Source of the DNA: Pristiophorus japonicus
Lineage: Eukaryota
Assembly (NCBI RefSeq): GCF_044704955.1
Contig: NC_091980.1
Coordinates: 293,942,001 to 294,006,000, forward strand
Length of the DNA: 64,000 nt
Reading direction: 5' to 3'
The notes beneath the pieces were generated by a model that made no database searches, was not told where the DNA came from, and worked only from the letters and a program-made list of their open reading frames with translations. Shown here piece by piece: positions 1 to 10,809 of the stretch (its first letter is position 1; the number at the start of each line of letters is the position of its first letter). A program made the position numbers and the translations under genes.

Positions 1-295
1 AGNNNNNNNNNNNNNNNNNNNNNNNNNNNNNNNNNNNNNNNNNNNNNNNNNNNNNNNNNNNNNNNNNNNNNNNNNNNNNNNNNNNNNNNNNNNNNNNNNN
101 NNNNNNNNNNNNNNNNNNNNNNNNNNNNNNNNNNNNNNNNNNNNNNNNNNNNNNNNNNNNNNNNNNNNNNNNNNNNNNNNNNNNNNNNNNNNNNNNNNNN
201 NNNNNNNNNNNNNNNNNNNNNNNNNNNNNNNNNNNNNNNNNNNNNNNNNNNNNNNNNNNNNNNNNNNNNNNNNNNNNNNNNNNNNNNNNNNNNNN

Positions 296-3060
296 GAGAG
301 TGAGTGTGCAGGAGAGAGAGAGTGAGTGTGCAGGAGAGAGAGAGAGAGAGAGTGAGTGTGCAGGAAAGNNNNNNNNNNNNNNNNNNNNNNNNNNNNNNNN
401 NNNNNNNNNNNNNNNNNNNNNNNNNNNNNNNNNNNNNNNNNNNNNNNNNNNNNNNNNNNNNNNNNNNNNNNNNNNNNNNNNNNNNNNNNNNNNNNNNNNN
501 NNNNNNNNNNNNNNNNNNNNNNNNNNNNNNNNNNNNNNNNNNNNNNNNNNNNNNNNGGAGAGTGAGTGTGCAGGAGAGAGGGAGAGTGAGTGTGCAGAAG
601 AGAGAGAGAGNNNNNNNNNNNNNNNNNNNNNNNNNNNNNNNNNNNNNNNNNNNNNNNNNNNNNNNNNNNNNNNNNNNNNNNNNNNNNNNNNNNNNNNNNN
701 NNNNNNNNNNNNNNNNNNNNNNNNNNNNNNNNNNNNNNNNNNNNNNNNNNNNNNNNNNNNAGAGTGAGTGTGCAGGAGAGAGAGAGAGAGTGCATAGGAG
801 AGAGAGAGAGAGTGTGCAGGAGAGAGAGAGAGTGTGTGCAGGAGAGAGAGAGTGTGTGCAGGAGAGAGAGAGTGAGTGTGCAGGAGAGAGAGAGAGAGAG
901 AGAGTGAGTGTGCAGGAGAGAGAGAGAGTGTGCAGGAGAGAGAGAGAGTGTGCAGGAGAGAGAGAGAGAGAGTGAGTGTGCAGGAGAGAGAGAGAGTAAG
1001 TGTGCAGGAGAGAGAGNNNNNNNNNNNNNNNNNNNNNNNNNNNNNNNNNNNNNNNNNNNNNNNNNNNNNNNNNNNNNNNNNNNNNNNNNNNNNNNNNNNN
1101 NNNNNNNNNNNNNNNNNNNNNNNNNNNNNNNNNNNNNNNNNNNNNNNNNNNNNNNNNNNNNNNNNNNNNNNNNNNNNNNNNNNNNNNNNNNNNNNNNNNN
1201 NNNNNNNNNNNNNNNNNNNNNNNNNNNNNNNNNNNNNNNNNNNNNNNNNNNNNNNNNNNNNNNNNNNNNNNNNNNNNNNNNNNNNNNNNNNNNNNNNNNN
1301 NNNNNNNNNNNNNGAGAGTGAGTGTGCAAGAGAGAGAGAGAGTGAGTGTGCAGGAGAGAGAGAGTGAGTGTGCAGGAGAGAGAGAGAGAGAGTGAGTGTG
1401 CAGGAAAGNNNNNNNNNNNNNNNNNNNNNNNNNNNNNNNNNNNNNNNNNNNNNNNNNNNNNNNNNNNNNNNNNNNNNNNNNNNNNNNNNNNNNNNNNNNN
1501 NNNNNNNNNNNNNNNNNNNNNNNNNNNNNNNNNNNNNNNNNNNNNNNNNNNNNNNNNNNNNNNNNNNNNNNNNNNNNNNNNNNNNNNNNNNNNNNNNNNN
1601 NNNNNNNNNNNNNNNNNNNNNNNNNNNNNNNNNNNNNNNNNNNNNNNNNNNNNNNNNNNNNNNNNNNNNNNNNNNNNNNNNNNNNNNNNNNNNNNNNNNN
1701 NNNNNNNNNNNNNNNNNNNNNNNNNNNNNNNNNNNNNNNNNNNNNNNNNNNNNNNNNNNNNNNNNNNNAGTGCATAGGAGAGAGAGAGAGTGTGTAGAAG
1801 AGAGAGAGAGTGTGCAGGAGAGAGAGAGAGAGAGAGTGTGTGCAGGAGAGAGAGAGTGTGTGCAGGAGAGAGAGAGTGTGTGCAGGAGAGAGAGAGTGAG
1901 TGTGCAGGAGAGAGAGAGAGAGAGTGTGAGTGTGCAGGAGAGAGAGAGAGTGTGCAGGAGAGAGAGAGAGTGTGCAGGAGAGAGAGAGAGTGAGTGTGCA
2001 GGAGAGAGAGAGAGTAAGTGTGCAGGAGAGAGAGAGAGAGATTGAGTGTGCAGGAGAGAGAGAGAGAGAGTGAGTGTGCAGGAGAGAGAGAGAGAGAGTG
2101 TGAGTGTGCAGGAGAGAGAGAGAGTGTGCAGGAGAGAGAGAGAGTGTGCAGGAGAGAGAGAGAGTGAGTGTGCAGGAGANNNNNNNNNNNNNNNNNNNNN
2201 NNNNNNNNNNNNNNNNNNNNNNNNNNNNNNNNNNNNNNNNNNNNNNNNNNNNNNNNNNNNNNNNNNNNNNNNNNNNNNNNNNNNNNNNNNNNNNNNNNNN
2301 NNNNNNNNNNNNNNNNNNNNNNNNNNNNNNNNNNNNNNNNNNNNNNNNNNNNNNNNNNNNNNNNNNNNNNNNNNNNNNNNNNNNNGAGAGTGAGTGTGCA
2401 GGAGAGAGAGAGTGAGTGTGCAGGAGAGAGAGAGAGAGAGAGTGAGTGTGCAGGAAAGNNNNNNNNNNNNNNNNNNNNNNNNNNNNNNNNNNNNNNNNNN
2501 NNNNNNNNNNNNNNNNNNNNNNNNNNNNNNNNNNNNNNNNNNNNNNNNNNNNNNNNNNNNNNNNNNNNNNNNNNNNNNNNNNNNNNNNNNNNNNNNNNNN
2601 NNNNNNNNNNNNNNNNNNNNNNNNNNNNNNNNNNNNNNNNNNNNNNNNNNNNNNNNNNNNNNNNNNNNNNNNNNNNNNNNNNNNNNNNNNNNNNNNNNNN
2701 NNNNNNGGAGAGTGAGTGTGCAGGAGAGAGGGAGAGTGAGTGTGCAGAAGAGAGAGAGAGAGAGTGAGTATGCAGGAGAGAGAGAGGGGGAGGGAGGGAG
2801 AGAGAGTGTGCAGGAGAGAGAGAGTGGGAGGGAGAGAGAGTGCGAAGGAGGGAGCGCGAGGGGGAGGGAGGGAGAGCGAGTGCGAAGGAGGGAGCGCGAG
2901 GGGGAGGGAGGGAGTGGGAAGGAGAGAGGGAGGGACGGGAAAAGAGAGAGCGCGAGAGGGAGGGAGGGGGAGTGAGAGAGCGCGAGTGGGAGGGAGGGGA
3001 AGGGAGAGTCGAGAGCGAGAGAGTGTCGAGTGCGAGGACAAGGGAGGGGGAGAGAGAGAT
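296..3060. repeat. Compound (GA)n/GTGTGCAG simple-repeat array with many N gaps, grading into GGGA-rich sequence
   Basis: Unit gtgagtgtgcag(ga)n repeated throughout; interrupted by N runs; ORFs here are low-complexity RE/ESV artefacts. Confidence 0.95.
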
Positions 3061-3108
3061 TGATTGCGAGAGATTGGGTACATATAGATTGGGTTAACCA
3101 AATTGGTA

Positions 3109-4925
3109 GAACATAAGAACATAAGAATTAGGAACAGGAGTAGGCCATCTAGCCCCTCGAGCCTGCTCCGCCATTCAAAAAGATCATGGTTGATCTGGCT
3201 GTGGACTCAGCTCCACTTACCCGCCCGCTCCCTATACTCCTTAATTCCCTTATTGGTTAAAAAATTATCTATCTGTGATTTGAATACATTCAATGAGCTA
3301 GCCTCAACTGCTTCCCTGGGCAGAGAATTCCACAGATTCACGACCCTCTGGGAGAAGAAATTCCTTCTCAACTCGGTTTTAAATTGGCTCCCCTGTATTT
3401 TGAGGCTGTGCCCCCTAGTTCTAGTCTCCCCTACCAGTGGAAACAACCTCTCTGCCTCTATCTTGTCTATCCCTTTCATTATTTTAAATGTTTCTATAAG
3501 ATTCCCCCCTCATCCTTCTGAACTCCAACGAGTAAAGACCCAGTCTACTCAATCTATTATCATAAGGTAACCCCCTCATCTCCGGAATCAGCCTGGTGAA
3601 TCGTCTCTGTACCCCCTCCAAAGCTAGTATATCCTTCCTTAAGTAAGGTGACCAAAACTGCACGCAGTACTCCAGGTGCGGCCTCACCAATACCCTGTAC
3701 AGTTGCAGCAGGACCTCCCTGCTTTTGTACTCCATCCCTCTCGCAATGAAGGCCAACATTCCATTCGCCTTCCTGATTACCTGTTGTACCTGCAAACTAA
3801 CTTTTTGGGATTCATGCACAAGGACCCCCAGGTCCCTCTGCACCTCAGCATGTTGTAATTTCTCGCCATTTACTGTTTTTTTTCCCAAGGTGGATGACCT
3901 CACATTTTCCGACATTGTATTCCATCTGCCAAACCTTAGCCCATTCGCTTAACCTATCTAAATCTCTTTGCAGCCTCTCTGTGTCCTCTACACAACCCGC
4001 TTCCCCACTAATCTTTGTGTCATCTGCAAATTTTGTTACACTACACTCTGTCCCCTCCTCCAGGTCATCTATGTATATTGTAAAAAGTTGTGGTCCCAGC
4101 ACCGCTCCCTGTGGCACACCACTAACCACCGATTTCCAACCTGAAAAGGACCCATTTATCCCAACTCTCTGCTTTCTGTTAGCCAGCCAATTCTCTATCC
4201 ATGCTAATACATTTCCGCTGACTCCGCGTACCTTTATCTTCTGCAGTAACCTTTTGTGTGGCACCTTATCGAATGCCTTTTGGAAATCTAAATACACCAC
4301 ATCCATCGGTACACCTCTATCCACCATGCTCGTTATATCCTCAAAGAATTCCAGTAAATTAGTTAAACATGATTTCCCCTTCATGAATCCATGTTGCGTC
4401 TGCTTGATTGCACTATTCCTATCTAGATGTCCCGCTATTTCTTCCTTGATGATAACTTCAAGCATTTTCCCCACTATAGATGTTAAACTAACCGGCCTAT
4501 AGTTACCTACCTTTTGTCTGCCCCCTTTTTTAAACAGAGGCGTTACAGTAGCTGCTTTCCAATCCACTGGTACCTCCCCAGAGTCCAGAGAATTTTGGTA
4601 GATTATAACGAATGCATCTGCTATAACTTCTGCCATCGCTTTTAATACCCTGGGATGCATTTCATCAGGACCAGGGGACTTGTCTACCTTGAGTCCATTA
4701 GCCTGTCCAGCACTACCTCCCTAGTGATAGTGATTGTCTCAAGGTCCTCCCTTTCCACATTCCCGTGACCAGCAATTTTTGGCATGGTTTTCGTGTCTTC
4801 CACTGTGAAGACCGAAGCAAAATAATTGTTTAAGGTCTCAGCCATTTCCACATTTCCCATTACTAAATCCCCCTTCTCATCTTCTAAGGGACCAACATTT
4901 ACTTTAGTCACTCTTTTCCTTTTTA
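3109..4925 (-). mobile_element. CR1/HER1-type LINE, 5'-truncated, ORF2 reverse transcriptase to 3' tail
   Basis: Minus ORFs with NYRPVSLTS, QHGFMKGKSCLTNL, YLDFQKAFDKVPH, SGVPQG, KFADDTK; 8-nt tail repeat (ttcttatg)n at ~3109-3128. Confidence 0.95.
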
Positions 4926-4935
4926 TATATATATA

Positions 4936-7388
4936 ATGCAGTGGAGGAGGATTTCCTAGAGTGTATTAGGGATGGCATTCTTGACCAATATGTCGAGGAA
5001 CCAACTAGAGAGCTGGCCATCCTACACTGGGTGTTGTGTAATGAGAGAGGACTAATTAGCAATCTTGTTGTGCAAGGCCCCCTGGGGAGGAGTGACCATG
5101 GTATGGTGGAGTTCTTTATTAAGATGGAGAGTGACGGTGTTGGTTCAGAGACTGGGGTCCTGAGCTTGAGGAAGGGTGGCTTCGGTGGTATGAGATGTGG
5201 GTTGGCTGGGATGGACCGGCAGATGATGCTTAGAGGGTTGACACTGGATGGGCAATGGCAGAGATTTATAGATTACATGGATAAACTTCAACAGTTGTAC
5301 ATCCCTGTCTGGAGTAAAAATAAAAAATAAAAAGAGGAGGGTAGCTCGGCCGTGGCTAGCGGGGAAATTGGGGATGGTGTTGAATCCAAGGAAGAGGCAT
5401 GTGGATTGGCCGGGGGCGGGGAGGGGGCGGGAGGGAGGGGCAGCGTGCCTGAGGACTGGGAGAGGTTTGGAGTTCAGCAGAGGAGGAAAGGGGGTCTGGT
5501 TAGGAGGGGGAAAATAAGAGTGTGGGAGGGAGCTTGCTGGGAGCATGGGAACTGACTGCAGGAGCTTCTGAGGATGTGTGAAGAGAGGAGGATTGGTGGG
5601 GACCGACGTGGGTCCTTTGCAGGTAGAATCAAGTGAATTTATGGTGAGGAACAAAGAAAATGGCAGACCAATTGAATAAATACTTTGGATCTGTCTTCAC
5701 GCAGGAAGACACAAATGACCTTCCGGAAATACTAGGTTCGGGTGTCTGGTGAGGGGCAGGAACTGAAGGAGGTCCTTATTGGTCGGGAAGTTGTGTTGGG
5801 GAGGTTGATTGGGATTGAAGGCCCGGTGGATCTCCGGGGCCTGATGGCTGCATCCCAGAGTACTTAAGGAAGCGGCCCGAGAAATAGTGGATGCATTGGT
5901 GATCATTTTCTAACATTCTGTTGACTCTGGATCGGTTCCTATTGATTGGAGGTTAGCTAGTGTAACACCACTTTTTGAAAGAGGAGGGAGAGAGAGGGCA
6001 GGTAATTGTGGACCGGTTAGCCTAATATCGGTAGTGGGGAAAATGTTGGAATCAATTATTGAAGATGAAATAGCAGCACATTTGGAGGACAGTGACGGGA
6101 TCGGTCCAAGTCAGCATGGATTTATGAAAGGAAAATCATGCTTGACGAATCTTCTAGAATTTTTTGAGGATGCAACTAGTAGAGTGGACAAGGGAGAACC
6201 AGTGGATGTGGTGTATTTGGACTTTCAAAGGGCTTTTGACAAGGTCCCACACGGGAGATTAGTGTGCAAAATTAAAGCACATGGTATTGGGGGTAATGTA
6301 TTGATGTGTATGGAGGGCTGGTTGGCGGACAGGAGGCAGAGAGTGGGACTAAACGGGTCCTTTTCAGAGAGGCGGGCGGTGACCGGTGGAGTACCGCAGG
6401 GTTCAGTGCTGGGACCCCAACTATTTACAATGTACATCGGTGATTTGGATGAGGGAGTTGAGTGTAGTGTCTCCAGGTTTGCTGAGGACACTAAGCTGGG
6501 TGGTAGTGAGAGCTGTGGGGAGTATGCTAAGGGGCTGCAGGGTGACTTGGACGGGTTGGGTGGGTGGGCAGGTGCATGGCAGATGCAGTATAAGGTGGAT
6601 AAATGTGAAGTTATCCACTTTCGTGGCAGGAATGGAAGGACAGAGTATTGTCTGAATGGTGACGGATTAGGAGGGGGGGGAGGTGCAACGAGACCTGGTT
6701 GTCATAGTACATCAGTCATTGAAGTTTGGCATGCAGTTACAGCAGGCGGTGAAGAAGGCAGATGGCGTGTTGGCCTTCATAAGTGAAGGATTTGAGTGTG
6801 GGAGCAGGGACGTCTTGCTGCAGTTGTACAGGGCCTTAGTGAAGCCACACCTGCAATATTGTGTTCAGTTTTGGCCCCCTAATCAGAGGAAGGACGTTCT
6901 TGCTATTGAGGGAGTGCAGCGAGGGTTCACCAGATTGATTCCAGGGATGGCAGGACTGACGTGGAGAGAGACTGGATCGACTGGGCTTGTATCCACTGGA
7001 GTTTGGAGGAATGAGAGGGGATCTCATGGAAACATGTAGAATTCTAATGGGATTGGACGGGTTGGAGGCAGGAGGAATGTTCCCGTTGCTGGGGAGTTCC
7101 AGGGCCAGGGGGCATAGTCTAGGGATGGGGGGTGGGCCATTTGGGACTGAGATGAGGAGAAACTTCTTCACCCAGAGTGGTTAACCTGTGGAATCCTCTA
7201 CCGCAGTTCGTTAGAAATATTCAAAAGGGAGTTAGATAGGGCCCTTATGGCCAAAGGGATCAAGGGGTATGGAGAGAAAGCAGGAAACGGGTACTGAGGT
7301 TGAATGATCAGCCATGATCATATTGAATGGTGGTGCAGGCTCGAAGGGCCTACTCCTGCCTCTAATTTCTATGTTCCTATGTTTCTAT
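4936..7388 (+). mobile_element. CR1/HER1-type LINE, 5'-truncated, carrying dense A-to-G substitutions
   Basis: RT motifs in ORF 6034-6786 (QHGFMKGKSCLTNL, YLDFQRAFDKVPH, GVPQG, FAEDTK); tail tttctatgttcctatgtttctatg at ~7366-7388; colinear with copy at 20310-22478. Confidence 0.95.
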
Positions 7389-7675
7389 GAAATCGCAAAA
7401 ACCCGAAAATCCAGACCTAAATTTGCTGTTCGTAGAGTCATACAGCACAGATGGTGTTGATTCAAACTGGAGCTATCTACTCTAATCCCTTGCCCATATC
7501 CTTTTTTTTTCAAGCTATGTGTCCAGGTGACGAGCATTAAAATGTTAATAACATTGAAAGAGATCGGGACCATTTACACCTTTTTAAGTTGAAATTCGGT
7601 GAATGATGAGTGGTGCCATCACCAATCGGACAGGAAACAAGTTCCCCCTTTTAACGGGGCACAACCAATAAAGTT

Positions 7676-8020
7676 GTGGAGCAGGCTTGAGAGGCCAAAT
7701 GGCCTACTCCTGCTCCTATTTCTTGTGTTCTAATAAACTGCAAATTAAACCAAATTTAAACAAAACTTAACAAATAAAATCAAAATTTTGTTTCTGGGAT
7801 TGATAAGCATACAAGAAATAGGAGCAGGAGTAGACCATGTGGTCCCTCAAGCCTGCTCCACCATTCAATAAGATGATGGCTGATCTGATCTTGGCCTCAA
7901 ACTCCACTTTCCTGCCCGCTCCCCATAACCCTTGACTCCCCTATAGTTCAAAAATCTGTCTAATTCCACCTTCAATATATTCAAAGACCCAGCCTCTACA
8001 GCTCTCTGGGGTAGAGGATT
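7676..8020. mobile_element. Two short CR1 3'-end fragments in opposite orientation (+ ~7676-7730, - ~7810-8020)
   Basis: ggccaaatggcctactcctgctcctatttctt and the reverse-orientation aggagcaggagtagacc 3' UTR motif. Confidence 0.7.
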
Positions 8021-8039
8021 TTAAATTCTAGATTCCAAA

Positions 8040-8135
8040 AATTCCAGTCCCTGCAATGCCCACCGGTCGATGAAGGTCTCGAGCGTACCGGCAGACACTG
8101 CATGCTCCATCTCCAGTGACAGCCGCGCGCTGGAC
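8040..8135 (-). mobile_element. Tx1/L1-like LINE ORF2 C-terminal fragment
   Basis: Translates ARLSLEMEHAVSAGTLETFIDRWALQGLE; homologous to the fragment at ~34880-34940 (ARVSLEMEHAVSTGTL); clade assignment from recall. Confidence 0.6.
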
Positions 8136-8780
8136 CAAAGGTCGCAGATGGACCAAAGGTCGCAGATGGATTTCTCTGTAAGTAAATACAGGTTCATGTG
8201 CATCTGGTCAGGAGGCCCAATTAAAGAATGCCCATTAGTAAAGATAGAGGATTTGAGTGAGATTACTGACCATTTGCTGACCACATCTTGCCAGCAATGA
8301 TGTAACAAGACTGAACTCAAGGTTTGGGAAATATCTCAGACATTTGTCTGTAAGCCAAAATAAGTTATTCCTAACCACGTAAATTTCATCGGCAAGCATG
8401 TAGTTGGAATGTGTGTAGCTTTGGAAAGGTACTGCAAGGTTTCTCTCTGCTCCCCAAAGCTAAATTAACCAAAAGTCAAGACTACTGTCAATCTCACATC
8501 CTACATTATTCATCTGTAATATTTGCAGTCCCAGGAATATTAATATTCCATACACCATTCCTTGCCATAAATCCATCCAGCCCTTTTTAAAATCTGTTGA
8601 CGTAGCATTAACTTCTTTTGCACATGGACACTCAGCCAGGAATACAATCCTTTTAATCTCTTTTTGCTTAAGAACATTATATCTCAGTCATCCAGTTCTG
8701 CACACTCTGTCCTAATAAAAGAACTTACTTGCAATTAAATTATCAATTTTTCTTAGCAGATGTTGACAGTACATAACACA

Positions 8781-8803
8781 GTGTGTGTGTGTGTGTGTGT
8801 GTG
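8781..8803. repeat. (GT)n microsatellite
   Basis: Perfect gt run. Confidence 0.95.
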
Positions 8804-8995
8804 TCAAGTGCCCTTTTCTCATTCTGGGCTTTATATATTCCACGGTTTGTCTTTCCACTTTTTGAACCAGTACAAACTGATGTTGTTTTACAAAATGAAA
8901 TCATGGCAGAGACTAAGAAAATAATTATTACCTGCCTCTCAAATGTCATTTGGGCAGTGTTATATATGCAGACTATAGATATACTCTGTGTAGAA

Positions 8996-9304
8996 GAGGC
9001 GAGGGCCCAGGGGCAGCATGGGCCCAGCCCACACTGCAATATGTGTGCGCACTAGGTCCGCGCAGCAGAGCAGATCTCCAGTCGTCTTGGTTAATCCTTG
9101 CTACTGGACAAGACCTAGCTCTGTCAAGCCTGTGTGGTGGCTGGTGTGCAACAGTCACCACACGTTAAAAAAATACAAGCACAGGCATCTTCCACCCTTC
9201 AAGATTTAGTTCGGACCTGGAATTTTAGGTTCTTCATTGAAATACCTGTGAACTTTTTTGATGTGGGAGCAAGTCATCCTCGGTTCGAGGGACTGCCTAT
9301 GATG
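8996..9304 (+). mobile_element. Short non-autonomous element with RTE-like 3' end
   Basis: Ends in gcaagtcatcctcggttcgagggactgcctatgatg; same tail occurs at ~34008-34056 (+) and ~53374-53422 (-) with (atg)n termini. Confidence 0.5.
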
Positions 9305-9576
9305 TAGTCACTGTATAGTTGCATAAGATGGAGGCTTGTTTACCTGATGTACTATCAATAAGGTTTACACTGTGTATATACTATGCTGGCACCACTAGAG
9401 GGTGCAACTGGTGGAGACCGGGGTTTCCTGCCATGGTGGCAGGGGCTGTTTGAAAGGGTAGCCACCAGGTGGCTGCCTCACTCTGGAGTTACGAATAAAG
9501 GACCAAGGTCACTACAGTTTGAGTACAACACATTGCCTCGTGGAGTCATTCATAGGTACATTACAGAGACATAACA
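9303..9576 (+). mobile_element. Solo LTR related to the Gypsy LTRs at 11035/11981
   Basis: TG...CA termini; shares blocks caccactagagggtgc, cactctggag, aataaaggac.aaggtcac, gtggagtca with the reverse complement of 11981-12210. Confidence 0.7.
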
Positions 9577-9609
9577 GACAGTAGGTTCATGATTCACTAA
9601 CATGAACAT

Positions 9610-10068
9610 GTCAGCTGTGTGGCTCAGTGGGTAGCACACTTGCCTCTGATTCAGAAGGTTGTGGGTTCCGGTCCCACTGCAGGAATTGAGCACATAAATC
9701 TCAGCTGACACTCCAGTGAAGTGCTGAGGGAATACTGCACTGTCAGCGGTGCTGTCTTTTTGATGAGATGTTAAGCCGAGGCCCCGTCTGCCCCTCAGGT
9801 GGATGTAAAAGAACCCGTGACACTATTCCGAAGAAGAGAGTGGAGTTATCTCTAGTGTCCTGGCCAATATCTATCCCTCAATCATGAGCAGATAATCTTT
9901 TTTTTTGTTATTATCACATTGCTGTTTGTGGGAGCTTGCTGTGCACAAGCTGGCTGCTGCATTTCCTACATTACAACAGTGAATACACTCTAAAAGTGCT
10001 TCAGTGGCTGTAAAGTGCTTTGAGACATCTGGTGGTCGTGAAAGGCGCTATATAAATCCAAGTCTTTC
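9610..10068 (+). mobile_element. tRNA-derived Deu-domain SINE (SacSINE1-like), near full length
   Basis: A box tggctcagtggg, B box-like ggttccggtccc, Deu-type core gaggccccgtctgc...gtgtcctggccaatat, L2-like tail aaggcgctatataaatccaagtctttc. Confidence 0.85.
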
Positions 10069-10809
10069 TAATAAATGAGAATATTAGCAGATTGTGTACT
10101 AACTTTCCAACAAACATGTTGGCAGCACAAAAAAAACGACACAATAAATGTAATTCAGACAGCAATCATTTACACTCACAAAGCTTGAGTCTTGCTGGAG
10201 ACTCATTAATTTTGTATTCGTCCTCCAGTTCTGTGACCATTTCTGATCTTAAAGGTTATTGACACTGTTCTGCCACAGTTCTGCAAAGTATGCACACAAT
10301 TTGAAGTTGGTTATTTTTAATACACCAGCCATAAACATTACCATTCAACATGCAGAAAATGAAGGATTGATTTTATGCGCGTCTCTTGTCTCAGTAATTG
10401 GCCTGGGTTTCTGTTTTTTTTCACCTCTCCCAGGAGTTACATGGCTGTATTGTGATGCACAAGACATCAATTATATGGGACAGGTGGATAGACCAGTCAA
10501 TCTTCTCCTGTCTGTCATTTTTCCATGTCTGTTTGCATCACCTGTGGTGTTACTCAGGTGCTATTTTATGACAGGACTATGAGACCTTCAAAAAAAATTC
10601 TCCCCCTGTAAAGGGCTTCTTCCCACTCAATTATGTACATTGTCTGTCTTTCTTACTTTTGCTGTCAAACACTTCTATGTGGTACCTGTCTAAATCCGTA
10701 GTATTTTGTCTAAATAGATTATGGTTTCTGTCTTACTCTTACTGCAAGTTTCTCCCCTATCTCATGTTGGTATGGGTCTTGTCTGTTCTTTTACTGATGA
10801 ACTCAACAC

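Noticed and set aside
300-3097. Many long RE/ESV-rich ORFs
   Set aside because: Translations of a GA microsatellite across N gaps; the pattern at 296-610 recurs at 2386-2760, so the assembly here is unreliable.
9610-9685. tRNA gene-like A/B boxes (also 28642, 52253)
   Set aside because: They are SINE heads continuous with the Deu core and tail, not standalone tRNAs.
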